DNA of 64,000 bases, from assembly GCF_006345805.1 (NCBI RefSeq), contig NC_043010.1, positions 868,001-932,000 on the forward strand, written 5' to 3'. Of the stretch, positions 1 to 12,618 are shown one piece after another. The notes under the pieces are model-generated. The model saw only the letters and a list, made by a program, of their open reading frames with translations. It was not told the origin of the DNA and made no database searches. The stretch comes from Octopus sinensis. Taxonomy: Eukaryota. How positions within the stretch are numbered: position 1 is the first letter of the stretch; each line of letters starts with the position of its first letter. The translations under genes were made by a program, and so were the position numbers.

Positions 1-1499
1 TGAAAGAAACCCATCATGTGTGTGTGTGTGTGTGTGCACGTATGTGTGTGTTTGTGTGTGTGTGTGTGTGCATGTGTGTGTTTGTAGCCCTGTCATGATA
101 TCATATGATGATTATAAATGAGCATCATCATCATTATACAATCAATGTTCTTCATTTCCTGGCTTTCACGAAAAACATGTCTGACCCTGGGGGAAGTATT
201 ACTTTGCTTGGAATAAGATGAGGGTTGGTAACAGGAAAGGCATTCAGCCGTACAAATATCAGTCTCAACAGCTTCTGTCTGACACATGCAAGCATGCTGA
301 AGTGAATATTAAATGATGATAATATGTGTGCACGTGCACACACACACACACACACATATATGCATGCACACACACATTTTGAAAAATATGCACGCTTTTA
401 ATATCAAACCAAAATAATTACATATGTGTGTAAGTGTGTGTAAGAATGCATGTTTATGTATACTGTATATTTATAAATGCATATCTATATACGTCTAGTA
501 ATTATTACAGCAATGTCATAAATACATAAAATTCATGTACTACATGATATAATACATGTGTGTGTGTGTGTGCGTGTGATGCAATATTATAAAATATAAT
601 TTAATATTAAATTTAATGTTATTATATTATTATTAATATGATACATACATACATTTATATAAATACACATGCACACTCACATATATATACTCACACACAC
701 ACATTTTCATATACGTACATGTGTGTTTATGCTAAAATATATATTCTTACACACACACACGCACTCAAACATAGAAACACAAATGTGTCTGTCAATATCT
801 ATGCATGGAAGCCTGCCTCTGTGTGTTTGCGAGCGTGTGCATGCGTGTGCATGTCCAAGTATATGTATGCGATCATACTTATGTATTATTCAAAATTTCA
901 TTAAGTCTAATGTAATTCAGGTTGTTTTCATTAAAACTGGCATAAATATTTGCTCAAGAGATATAAATTGAAGATGTAGTCCTAATGTGTGTATATACAT
1001 GCATATACATGCATATATATATATGTGCATGGGCATCTGTATATATACATATAGTTATCTCTTACTCCCTCTTTCTCATTATATCCATACATGTGTACAC
1101 ACACACACACACACATACATAACACACATGTATATACATATTGCTTGGAATTTAATAAAACTGGTTGTAAATAGTATTTTCGCTTCGACCTCAAACCAAA
1201 GTTGTTCCTCAAGGAGTTGGTTCAATACAACTTAATGAATCTTAATAATTTCAAGCAAACACACAGGGAGCAACTGATTGACAGAATCTGTTGAGCACCA
1301 AGCAGAATGCATTGTGGTATTTAGATCAGTCTTTTTTAGGTATGAGTTCAAATCCTACCAAGACCAGATTTACCTTTTATCTTTTAGGCAACATTTTATT
1401 TTCTGCCAAGCAACTCAGTGTATAATAGTGTAAACATACAAACATCCCTATATTTCCAAACCCAGCTGCATTTCACATGGAATTGTTGGCCCTCCAATG

Positions 1500-1880
1500 T
1501 TGCCCTGATATTTGATTTTATATGGGACTGAAATTTGGACCTTCACCAAAAAGCTTGCAAACAAATAGATGGCTGCTACAGAAGAATGTTAAGAATGGTT
1601 CTGAATATTACATGGAGTGCTCGTTAAACCAATAAGCAGCTTTACCAAGATCTAACCAAAGTGACAGACAAGATTCAGCAGAAAAGGATATTGCTGGTCA
1701 TTGTGTCCGGCACCTGGAAGGACCTGTGTGTGTCAACTGGTCTTATGGCAGTCAGTTGATGGGAGGAATCTATTGGAGAAGGAAGCGTCTAACCTATGTA
1801 GACAACTTGTCACAGGACAGAGGAATGGCAAATGTTGATGAATTCAGAATATGCATGAGGTACCGTGATGGATGGTGTGC
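1500..1880 (+). mobile_element. Decayed non-LTR retrotransposon ORF2 C-terminal fragment (RTE-like)
   Basis: Broken-frame translation gives YGTEIWTFTKKL..DGCYRRMLRMVLNITW..AGHCVRH..YVDNL..DGW, the post-RT thumb/C-terminal region of LINEs; several stops. Confidence 0.6.
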
Positions 1881-1924
1881 ACATGTGAAATCATCGAAGC
1901 GTCTGGCCACTAAGCCATGTGTCT

Positions 1925-2062
1925 TTACAAGAAGCTGAGTGGACTGGAGCAACATGAAATGAAATGCTTTGCTCAAGAATACAATGCAGTGCCTGGTCCA
2001 GGAATTGAAACCACAATCTTATGATCATGAGTGCAACACCCTAACCACTAAGCCACACATCT
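1925..2062 (-). mobile_element. tRNA-derived SINE family D, 5' part
   Basis: Reverse complement has GGCTTAGTGGTTAGG A-box, GGTTTCAATTCC B-box and body GAGCAAAGCATTTCATTTCATGTTGCTCCAGTCCACTCAGC shared with copies at 16.1, 23.8, 27.3, 46.4 and 56.9 kb. Confidence 0.75.
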
Positions 2063-2877
2063 CTACAACCCAATGACAACACTCGCGTTAAAGTCTATTA
2101 AACATTACCTTTCCTGTGAACAACATCAGTGAAGTGGAGAGGGGTAACTTGGATGTATGGATAAATGGTTAGCATTAATAAAGACCCTTGTCCAGGTTTG
2201 CTTCTTAATAAGGAACTTAAGTGTAGATACTGAACAGTTTTTGATAGATGACAAAGGCCATCGGCATATTAAAGCTACATATGTATGTAAGTTTTTATGG
2301 AGGGGACGTATATATATCAAAGAAATATATATCAGTGGCAGATTCAATGTTTTCTTTAAATAATAAATTTCTATAGAGATTAAGATTTAAATTCCAATCT
2401 AAGAAAAGTTTCGATCTACAATATTTACAATATTCTTAAAGGAATGGAAAATTAAGTAGCAACTCGGGCTGATATAGATGAGCCTGGTAAGGTGTAAAGG
2501 ACTAACTGATATCTCTTGTCAAGAGTACAGGTGACAGTCAGATCGGTGATGTTTGATGAGAACTCTGCTTTCATTATTTGATTGGTGTTAGTCTGTGCAT
2601 CTTTGTGTAAAGATCAGTTGTGTTTTACATGGTTGCTTTATTTTTACCCTTAACTTAGAAATGGAGAAAGACATAGGGGTAGGTATAAAAAATAAGCCAT
2701 TTGGGGCTAGAAATATTGTGGAAATATGTGAGGCATTCTTTCATTAGAAGCAGCAAACTTGCTTCCTGTTAAATTATCCGTGCATTACATCTCCTACCGC
2801 ATTTTATACATGTGTCTTATGCGAAATCTGTGATGAGCCCAAGTGATGCTGATGACCTGGAGTTACCTCTGATGTAT

Positions 2878-5055
2878 CATCATCATCATCATCATCATCG
2901 TTTAACGTCCGTTTTCCACGCTAGCACGGGTTGGACGGTTCGACCGGGGTCTGGGAAGCCAGGGGCCGCTCCAGGCTCCAGTCTGAATCTGGCAGAGTTT
3001 CTACGGCTGGATGCCCTTCCTAACGCCAACCACTCCGTGAGTGGATTGGGTGCTTTTTACGTGCCACCTGCACAGGGGCCGGGGGGTCCGGCATTGGTCG
3101 CGATCGGTTCGAGCTTTTAACGTGCCAGCGGCACGGGGGCAACTGGGTCCGGGGTACTTTGGGGATCCGGGGTACTTTGAATGGGTAGGGGGTATGTGGA
3201 ATTGCTGCAGAAAGCAGCCCGGGTTTTTGCAGTCACAGCATATCTCCAGAGATCTCGGTCCTTCGCCATTGCCTCAGTGAGGCCCAATGCTCTGAGGTCA
3301 TGCTTGACTACCTCATCCCATGTCTTCCTGGGTCTACCTCTCCCCCTGATACCTTCAACTGTTTGGGAGTGGCACTTCTTCACACATCTCTCTTCATCCA
3401 TCCGCAGCACATGACCATACCATCGCAAGCGTCGCTCTTGCACACCACATCTGATGCTTCTTATATCCAGCATTTCTCTTAGGATGCTTACACTCTGTCT
3501 TGCGTGCACACTGACATTACACATCCAGCGGATCATGCTAGCTTCATTTCTTTCAAGTCTACGCATGTCCTCTGCAGTCACTGCCCATGTTTCATTACCG
3601 TGAAGCATGGCAGTTCGCACACATGCATCATACAATCTACCTTTTGCTCTGAGGGAGAGACCTTTTGTTGCCAGTAGGGGTAGGAGCTTTCTGAACTTTG
3701 CCCAGGCTATTCGTATTCTAGTGGTGATACTCTCTGTGCATCCACCTCCGCTACTAACTTGGTTACCCAGGTAGCGGAAACTATCAACTACTTCTAGTTT
3801 CTCTCCCTGGAGTGTGATGGAATCTGTTTTCTGAGTGTCTGTTGTGTCTATTGTCCCTGTGCATCTGCCGCACATGAAAGCTATCTTATCTGTTAATTTC
3901 CCTTAATGTTGCTGCACTCTTTATGTGTCCATAACTTACATTGGGTGCATCTTATGGAGTTTCTACCTGTACCTTTCCTACAGATTGAGCAGGGCCACCT
4001 ACCCGAGGGGGTGTGTGCTGAGTACTCTTGCTGCTTACTAATACTTTGGTCTTTGCTACATTTATTCTAAGGCCTTTGATTCCAACCCTTGCTTCCACAC
4101 CCAAAATTTCTCTTCTAGTTCCGGTAGTGATTCTGCTATGAGAGCTAGGTCATCGGCATAGAGGAGCTCCCAGGGGCATCCCGTTTTGAATTCCTCTGTT
4201 ATTGCCTGAAGGACTATGATGAATAAAAGGGGACTGAGGGCTGAGCCCTGGTGCACACCTACTTCTACCGGAATTCTTCACTATATTCGTTGCCAATCCT
4301 AACCTGCTGACAGCCTCTCTGTATAGAGCCTGTACAGCCCTTATTAGCCATTCTTCAATCTCAGTTTCCGCATCGACCACCAGATGAGGAACGGGGAACC
4401 CTGTCAAAGGCTTTCTCCAAGTCTACAAAAGCTATGTAGAGGGGTTTATCTTTAGCTAGGTACTTCTCCTGCAGTTGTCGGACCAGGAATATAGCATCAG
4501 TGGTGCTTCTACCTGGTACAAAACCGAACTGCATTTCATCTAAACAAATCTCTCCCTAATGAGATGGGTTATGACCTTCTCTGAGACCTTCATCACCTGG
4601 TCCAACAGTTTGATACCTCTGTAGTTATTTCTATCTAGAGCATCACCCTTACCCTTGTAGCAGTTGACTATGGTGCTGCTGCACCAGTCATTGGGTATGA
4701 CTCCATTGTGAACTACCTGGTTTAAATGGGGTGACTATGGTATAGCCCACATAGCCAGCTGTTTTAAGCATCTCAGCAGTGATTCCTGATAGGCCAGGGG
4801 CTTTGCTGGTTTCATATCCTTAATTGCCTTATCTACAAGGGAGCTGTCTATTCGGGTAGCTGGTCCCTCTACTGGGTCAACATTTGGCAAGCTCTCCTCC
4901 TCCCATTCATTCTCCTCATTCAGCAGTCTTTCATAATGGCTTCTCCAAGCCTCTTTCTTTCAACTAGCAGTAAAATCAAGTGCCCCATCATCCATGCGGA
5001 CACATTTCTCTCCTATAACATCACTATTTTCTCTGACACACTATCTGGCAATCCG
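2878..5055 (-). mobile_element. 5'-truncated RTE-clade LINE with frameshifted RT, PHD-like finger, 3' UTR and (GAT)n tail
   Basis: RT motifs FVDLEKAFD, QGSALSPLLF, LLYADD; C-terminal GRGRPRKTW and DRDLWRYAV (ORF 3117..3875); (CAT)n on + at 2878-2899; frameshifts present. Confidence 0.93.
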
Positions 5056-5124
5056 GTCTGGGAATCGAAACCGCGATCCTACGACCACGAATCCGCTGCC
5101 CTAACCACTGGGCCATTGCGCCTC

Positions 5125-5127
<3 letters not shown>
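5053..5127 (-). mobile_element. tRNA-like SINE head (family C type) fused to the 5' end of the RTE copy
   Basis: Minus strand GTGGAGGCGCAATGGCCCAGTGGTTAGGGCAGCGG...GGTTTCGATTCCCAGACCGG is near-identical to the head of the SINE at 27190-27266. Confidence 0.8.
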
Positions 5128-5168
<41 letters not shown>

Positions 5169-5216
5169 TATATATACACTTACACACACACACACATTCA
5201 TATATATATATATATA

Positions 5217-5428
5217 GGTGCAGGAGTGGCTGTGTGGTAAGTAGCTTGCTTACGAACCACATGGTTCCACGTTCATATTCCGCCGAGGTCGACTTTGCCT
5301 TTCATCCTTTCGGGGTCGATAAATAAAGTACCAGTTACGAACTGGGGTCAATCTAATCGACTTAATCCCTTTGTGTGTCCTTGTTTGTCCCCTCTATGTT
5401 TAGCCCCTTGTTGGCAATAAAGAAATAA
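5217..5428 (+). mobile_element. Chimeric SINE: family A head plus family B body and tail
   Basis: GGTGCAGGAGTGGCTGTGTGGTAAG..GGTTCCACGTTCA (A head) continues as TATTCCGCCGAGGTCGACTTTGCCTTTCATCC..AATAAAGAAATA (B body). Confidence 0.8.
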
Positions 5429-5654
5429 TATATGTATGTATGTATGTATGTACAACATATGGGACTGTGAACAACTGTTTAACTCTGCATAGACTGAATT
5501 ACCGGAATACTCTTTTGTTTTTCAGAGTTAATCTGTTTAGCCAAAAGAGTTGATTCATGGTAAATTTGCCAAGATCTATTCAATCCCCCCTCTTTTACTA
5601 TATATATTGACAGATAGATAGACATAGATAGATAGATACACTTATATATCATCA

Positions 5655-5850
5655 TCATTGTTATCACCATTTAATGTTCATGTTCCATGTTGGTATGGAT
5701 TGGACAGTTTGACAAAGGTCCAGTGAGTCAAAGGACAGCATCATGCTTCCATGTCTGCCTTGACATGGTTTCTATGACTGGATGCCCTTCCTAATGCCAA
5801 CCACTTTTCAGTTTGTACAGTGCACATTTTATGGTGCCTTTCTCATGCTA
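5655..5850 (-). mobile_element. Old RTE 3' end
   Basis: CATCAT tail, TTTAATGTTCATGTTCCATG and GGATGCCCTTCCTAATGCCAACCAC match the 3' UTR of the 2878-5055 element. Confidence 0.65.
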
Positions 5851-5977
5851 TCAGTCCTATTCAGATCACCATGTAGCTCGCAGGGTGGGAGGATTTTGCA
5901 TCTATATGTCACATGGAGATTAAGGTATGAAAAAAAAGGCAGGACAGGATGTGGTTACATCTGAAACATCACCAATC

Positions 5978-6176
5978 CAGTGGCGTACGGTGGGTGGTTG
6001 TGTTGTTTTGGGTGTGGCAGCACACCCAATGCCACTAAATTTCCAGCAGGAGTATAACAAAGTTTCCTATCAAGATTTCTAATCAAATTAAGGAGTAAGG
6101 TTAATACTTATAATAAATTCGCCATTTTTGATGGGTGTGTAGCACACCCCTTGCACACCAGGAATATACACCCCTG
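5978..6176. mobile_element. hAT-type MITE
   Basis: Termini CAGTGGCGTA / TACACCCCTG and an 8-bp TSD CACCAATC / CATCAATC (7 of 8 match). Confidence 0.75.
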
Positions 6177-7071
6177 CATCAATCATAGGTTTATTCAATC
6201 AATGTTACTGGCTTGGTGCTAACCAAGAACAACAATAATTATGAATAGTTTTAGGAAATTCTCACAGGATATTAAAAAGCTTGCTGTATGAATAAGGTAT
6301 TGGGACTCAAGATTGATATGATCATCATCTATTCAAATCATCATCATCATCATCATTGTTTTAATGTTTACTTTTCCATGCTTCCATGGGTCAGACAGAA
6401 GACTAATGATTGTTGAGGCGACGGAAGTAGTTGAAACTATCGACCCCGAAAGAATGAGAGGAAAAAATTCATCTCAACAAGTTTCGAATTCAGAACATAA
6501 AGAAGTGGATAAAATGCTACAAAACATTTTCTCCGTCACTATTGTGATTCTGCTAAGCCGCCACCAAAGGACCGTCGCTTGACTTTGATACCTGGGGGTA
6601 CTTCAAAATATTTTCTATGGGCACTAATTTCGTATTGCGGGAAGATTTTTGTAAACTGTAATTTCTAAATCTGATGGTGCACCATTGAATAGCGAGGAAG
6701 AAAGTGCCATCCAGGGAATTTAATAGTTTTTGTGTCGTTTCGTATCTACAAAATTAAACAAATTTCAAGAGTAGTCTCCCCTAACAGATTCAAGAGTTGT
6801 TTCCCTTTACAGGTTTTCAGGTCGAGATAAAAATTGTTTGTCAAAGGTGAACGGATTTTTTAAAAATTGCAGAATATATTTAGTTTTTAATTATATTTAT
6901 AGAGTGAAACACAATCGCTCACGGTGTAGTGCAGTGGGACTGAACCTGAATCCACTTGATTGTGAAACGAACTCCGTAATACCACAGCCACGTGGAAGAT
7001 TCACGGAATGTTGAATAAGGCGTTGAAGAACAGCAACAACATCGACAACATTAACAGGAATTCTATTGTTA

Positions 7072-7278
7072 AGGCGGCGAGCTGGCAGAGTGGTTAGCAC
7101 GCCGGGCGAAATGCGTAGCCGTATTTCGTCTGCCGTTATGTTCTGAGTTCAAATTCCGCCGAGGTCGACTTTGCTTTTCATCCTTTCGGGGTCGATTAAA
7201 TAAGTACCAGTTACGCATTGGGATCGACTTAATCCATTTGTCTGTCCTTGTTCGTCCCCTTGTGGGTAGAAAAGGAAT
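7072..7278 (+). mobile_element. tRNA-derived SINE family B
   Basis: AGGCGGCGAGCTGGCAGA head, GAGTTCAAATTCC B-box, GAGGTCGACTTTGC..GGGGTCGAT..AAGTACCAGT core; all CpGs retained. Confidence 0.85.
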
Positions 7279-8007
7279 GAGTAATTATATTAGTAAGAAT
7301 GACCTCTATACTCATAAATAGAAAGATATGCAATATTGAGTCTGTGCGCGCGTGGATATCATCGGTAGATCATACGTCCAAAGAAAGAAGCACACTCAAA
7401 AAGTTTAGTAATGCATTTATATTAAGATAAAAATACCTTCCGACACAGAGTGAACTATGGTTTCGCACCCATAAAACGTTTAGCTTTACAGACGGCTCGA
7501 CAGACTCCATTGGCAGTGAGCATATACCATCTCTTTGAAGAAAGGATATATGTCTGCGGCCATACACACACACACTGCATGTGTGTGTGTGTGAAATAAG
7601 GAGCAATTCCATCACAGGTTAATGAAAACCTGCTACAAGTAATCACGTGTTCCAGCTCATGGCGGTCGGTGGCTAAACCGGTCCCTGTTGAGCTTGCCCA
7701 GGTCCAGTGAAGATAGTGTGTGGACAATCAGCAGGATTTTTAACAAAAACAAGAAAAAAAGGTGGTGGGGAAACGAAACTACTTTCGATAGTGGATGAAC
7801 TCAATAAGTTAAACAACGACCTCGAGAACGAGAGATGGACACCATTCATTACAATTATCAAACCCAGAGAAACATTTCAATAGATGTCACATTAAAACTA
7901 GATATTCCATTAAGTTGTAGGCACGTGTTTCTGCCTCATTAGATATCATCAGCACAGCAACTATTCTCGCTTATCTTCAGCATTCAAAACTCTCACATCT
8001 TTTATCA

Positions 8008-8396
8008 TTTACTTGTTCCAGTTATTAGACTACGGTCATGCTGGGGCACCACCTTGAAGAATTTTAGTCGAATGACTCGACTCAAACTTTTTTAAAGCGT
8101 GGTACTTATTCTATCAGTCCTTTTGCCGAACCGCAAAGTTACAGGGACGTAAACACACCAACACCGGTTGTCTAGCGGTGGTAGGGGGACAAGCACAGAC
8201 ACAAAGACACACACACATAGACATATACATATACGATGGGCTTCCTTCAGTTTCCGCCTATCAAATCCACTCACAAGCTTTGGCCAGCCTGAGACTATAG
8301 TAGAAGACACTTGCTCAACGAGTCACGTAGTGGGACTGAACTCGGAAACATGTGGTTGGGAAGGAAGCTTCTTACCACTCAGCCACACCTGCGCCT
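8008..8396 (-). mobile_element. tRNA-derived SINE family A with internal microsatellite
   Basis: Shares head (GGCGCAGGTGTGGCT..GGTAAG), GGAAACTGAAGGAAGCCC, internal (CA/TA)n and GCATGACCGTAG tail with about 20 other copies. Confidence 0.85.
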
Positions 8397-8564
8397 GTGT
8401 ACAAGAACATATTTTAGGCAAAAGTCGTTTGCATAACTGGAGCGAAGATGAGTTAAGGAAAATGGTTAAGGAAAATGGAACAAAGACAAAGAAGTTTTCC
8501 AAGACAAATTATTTAAAAAATATTTCTAGAAGCGAACCATTTCCTCATAACTAAAAAAATCCAC

Positions 8565-8910
8565 AGGCGCAAGCGTGGCTGCGTAGTTGAGGGGCTCACT
8601 TTTCCATCATGTGACCTTGTGTTCAGTCCTACTGCACGGTACCATGGTCCTGGACTGACCAAAGTCTTGTGAGTGGATTTTTGTAGATGGAAACTGAAAG
8701 AAGCTCGTCATGTGTCTTTGTGCTTGTGTTCGTTCCCCATCACTGCTTGACAACCGATTTTGTTGTGTTTACTCTCACCTTACTTAGTGGTTCGGCAAAA
8801 GAAATTAACAGAATAAGTAGTAAAATGAAAGTATGTACTGCAGTCGATTTGCTCGACTTAAACGCTTCACTGTAGTGCTCCTGAATGGCCGCAGTCCAGT
8901 TAAAAGATAT
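8565..8910 (+). mobile_element. SINE family A, head-to-head inverted relative to the 8008-8396 copy
   Basis: Same diagnostic motifs on the + strand. Confidence 0.8.
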
Positions 8911-9314
8911 CGATGCTAACCAGAGCACATCTTCATTGCCAAACTACTGCCTCCCATTAAGATTAAAATAGATAAATAAACAAATATATAAACTCCTTCG
9001 CCGGTTGCCGAATGAAATCATACTACAGACACACCCCATTTCACGCTTAACTCAGGTTACGGGATTTTGAGCGAACGAAAATTGTGAAGTATGATCACTG
9101 ATTTCGGGATACGGTCTGTAATTTTGCTCTTACGGAAAATCGAATAAACTTTAAGAATTTTATAATGTACGCTTTCTTCTGAGCGAAAAGTCCGCTTCGA
9201 ATTTTGCAACATGAAAATCAATGAGAAAATTAATTTCATTTTTCGAGATTTTTCCCGTTTCAAAAAGTTTTTTTCAAGAGCACATTACTTTCGTATTTAC
9301 CTGAATAACCTAAG

Positions 9315-9988
9315 GCATGTGTTTTCAAAGGACTCCTGAGGACCTCCTAGGGGTCGGTGAGCAACTACAGGGAATCGATGATAGCCAAGGAGTCGAATGG
9401 GGGTCGGCGTGCGGAAGACCAGCTCACTCAGCTGAACTGCATGAAATAGTTAGCGCCATGAAACGTGGGAAAACGGGATAAATTTTCGCTTTTGCTGACG
9501 TTCGCGGCCGGATATCGTAAAATGTATCGTAATCGAAGATTGAGGGGTGCGACTGAAGGTATACGGACTGTCAAGTGTTTGCTTATAGAAACTGCCTGAA
9601 CAGGGAGGAATGAGGTGATTTGAGACTGAAACTGACCAACATTCAGCCTGATATCAATGCCTTGATTCAAAATCACCATGCTCACACCTCATACTGATGC
9701 TGTCAATTGCAATAAAAGATATTACAGCCATATGATGCGATTTTCACATCTTCTAATCATGAAAACAATTGCATAAAAATTGAATGTAAAAAGAGAGTCA
9801 TCTTCAATAGAATTTCTTTATTTGTCGTACATGTATATTTTAGCCAACATTTTAATTACCAGCAACAGTACCTGGGATGAATTTAAGATATGGTAGGGTA
9901 GTATATTAAGATATTTTAAATTAGAGTGGTCGATGGGGAAGGAGAAGTGACTAAAGGAATCAAAGGTCGAAAAGTTTGGTGACCTCCT
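9315..9988 (+). mobile_element. Internally deleted hAT (Charlie/Buster-like) element with transposase C-terminus
   Basis: 9617-9697 translates DLRLKLTNIQPDINALIQNHHAHTSY*, preceded by RNCLNREE*G, resembling the hAT dimerisation-domain end; degenerate GTGTTTTCAAA / TTTGGTGACCTC termini. Confidence 0.6.
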
Positions 9989-11134
9989 ACCAACCAAACA
10001 CTCTCGTAAAGAAAATAGTGCAAGGGAGATAACCTGTAATGTATTCGATGTTTTAAAGGGAAATAATTCTTGATTGAAAATATTCAGAAACAATTATTTC
10101 TAATACAGAAACGAGTTTTTCCTCCCGCTTCCAGAAATCCGGGAACATTGTACAATATCAAGTTATATACTGAAGCCTGTATTAACAAAAAGAGGTCCCG
10201 TTTTTGAAGCTGGTTAAATAAGAGCTTTGTGGTTTACTTTTTTAAGTGGATTATTAAAGATGCTCTGCTCTAGAAGCGTATTAATTCATACTTGAATCTG
10301 TTAAATAATATCGTGTTTTAAAATTTTTTTTTCTTCATTTAATTATCATCCTATATACATTGCACTAATACATGTTGCAGTGTAATATATTTTAAGGATT
10401 CTAAGTAGATTAACAGATATCAATCGGATCCTGTTTTAAATATGAATGAATTGCAATCTGTCAAAAACAATTTTACTACTTTACAGATCATAGTTTATAT
10501 TATATCGCAAGTATATATTTAGACTATTTCCAGAAAACCGGGACGCTTCCAGTCCCAAGTCACCGAATCCAAACTGTCTTAACATATGCACAGCCAAGCA
10601 TAGTGTATCATGTACAACTTGACCTACCCTTTCTGACAGACTAAGTGTTGGTATACTTTTCTCTTAACAAATCTAGAGACAGAGGGAAGAGCTAAAGTAA
10701 AGTTTTAGTCATACAGACCTTCTGGACTGTAACGCCATATATGGTAGCTGGAGCCAACAGGTCAAGGTAACAATTTATCAATGAGAGTTTTATAGCAAGT
10801 TGTGTGTTTTCATATTTACAGTCATACGTAAAATAGCTCAAATCTTTGTATTTTTGTATTGAAATGATTTAGACATAAATTAGACTTTTACTAATTAAAA
10901 CTTTGATCATAATTGAACAAGAATTTCAGTTCCTGAAAAATAGTATCCAGTTAAAAGTCAACCGCTACTGTATAAGTATATGGCTTGAAATCAGAGTAAG
11001 GTTTAATGTATTAGATAAATGCAAATATGTCAGGTGTAATAACCTCGTGTGTATTTAGCAAAGTTTAGTTTGTTACAAGAATTCAGGCCAAATTACCATT
11101 TTGAAGATATTTTTCTCATATCTTAAAACTGATA

Positions 11135-11348
11135 TCGATAGAGCTGAAAAGTCCCTGGTTTGGGTAAAAAATACCGGAGAATCAATCAATTATTATTTTA
11201 TTCAACATATTACCCTCTCAGATTCGCACACTTACTATAATGGTCCTTCAGTTTTTTCTAAGCCCTGTAAAAAAACTCGGCAAGCTGAGCATTCAATCAG
11301 GCTTTTCGCAATACCCTTAAAGCCATGAACGTTTCAACACTCCATCGT
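11135..11348. mobile_element. Tc1/mariner-type MITE (CpG-retaining copy)
   Basis: GCTGAAAAGTCCCTGG / CCATGAACGTTTCAACAC..CGTA termini; body colinear with the 20734-20931 copy. Confidence 0.6.
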
Positions 11349-11679
11349 AAATCTGTGAAATCTTAAACAAGCCTGGCAGGACGAGTGAAGGGAAGAGACT
11401 GGAGCAGACACTGATACACGGAACTATTGGCTATTTTCTAATGTCTAACCAGGAATTTCTTATATCCAAATATGCAGAAGAATGAGTGATGACCTTCCAA
11501 ATGTAGTTACTAAACTTGGAATCTTGAAAATAAAACGAATAAAAGCAGCGACGTTTTAGTTAGTTGGAGAGAAGACAGAATCCATCCTCGTTCAATTTAA
11601 GCTTAAAACACTTCAAAAATGCGCGCTAAGAAACATAAATTTGTATTGCTTCCACGGTATTATTTTTATCATTTATCGT

Positions 11680-12080
11680 TTTATCTTTTACTTGTTTCAG
11701 GCATTAAACTGCGGCCATGCTGAGGCACCTTTAGTCGAATGAATCGACCCTAGTAATTATTTGTTTTAAAGTCTGATACTTACTTTAACAATCTTTTTTG
11801 ACGAATTGTTCGATTTTACAAAAAAAAAAACGTAAACACACCAACAACCGTTGTCAAACGGTGGTGAGGGAGAAACACACACACACATACGCACGCACAC
11901 ACACACGCACACACACACACACACACGCGCGCGCGACAGGCTTCTTTCAGTTTCCGTCAGACGAATCCACCCACAAGGCTTTAGTAGACCCGAGGCTAAA
12001 GTAGAAGACTCGAACCTAAAGTACAAGACATACTTGAACCCGGAACCATGTGGTTGAGAAGCAAACTTTCTACCACATAG
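11680..12080 (-). mobile_element. SINE family A
   Basis: Diagnostic head, internal (CA)n and tail motifs. Confidence 0.8.
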
Positions 12081-12581
12081 CTATATATTATTTTCTTTTT
12101 TGGGGTTTCTTTTTTGGTTCGAGCCCAGATCTTATAGGGGCCGGGCACCCCGGCTTACATGTATAAAAGGCCGAAATCGCGGAACTGTTTTGAAAGGGAC
12201 GCCGGTCCGTTGCAGGGGTTCAAGGTTTGTAATTTTAAGAGGTGGGGGAACAAGTCGGTACTTGACTTGTATTTTATTTTATGGGATTTGAACTCGAAAC
12301 GTAAAGGGACCGAACAAATGACGCTACATGTTTTGTCCAAGGTGTTAACGCTTCTGCCAGCCTGCCACCACAAGACTTATTTACAGCCAGGTGAGATGAG
12401 CTAACGGAAAATAATAGGCCGGGGATAAGATGCGGTCTCCGCGGGTGGACACGAAGTGCCAACCTTTCTAGTCAGTGACCATGCTGTCACCTTGTGTGTG
12501 TGTGTGTGTGCGCGCACACCAAGTAAATCCAAGAAAATACACTGTCACCTTGTCTGTATGTGTATTTATGTGTGAGTGTGC

Positions 12582-12618
<37 letters not shown>

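Noticed and set aside
1175-1294. Protein-like open frames on both strands (YFRFDLKPKLFLKELVQYNL.. and VLNQLLEEQLWFEVEAK..)
   Set aside because: Weak splice sites, several frames open and no recognisable family; cannot be called.
2878-5127. Target-site duplication around the SINE-RTE chimera
   Set aside because: The flanks (GATGTAT and ACATATAT) show no convincing duplication; the microsatellite may have obscured it.
7620-7885. Helical-looking frame LLSIVDELNKLNNDLENERW
   Set aside because: No start codon or splice boundaries; bounded by stops.
7921-7955. Minus-strand CTGATGA..GAAAC spacing resembling a hammerhead
   Set aside because: No helix II can form (TATCTAATGAGGCA) and position 17 would be G.
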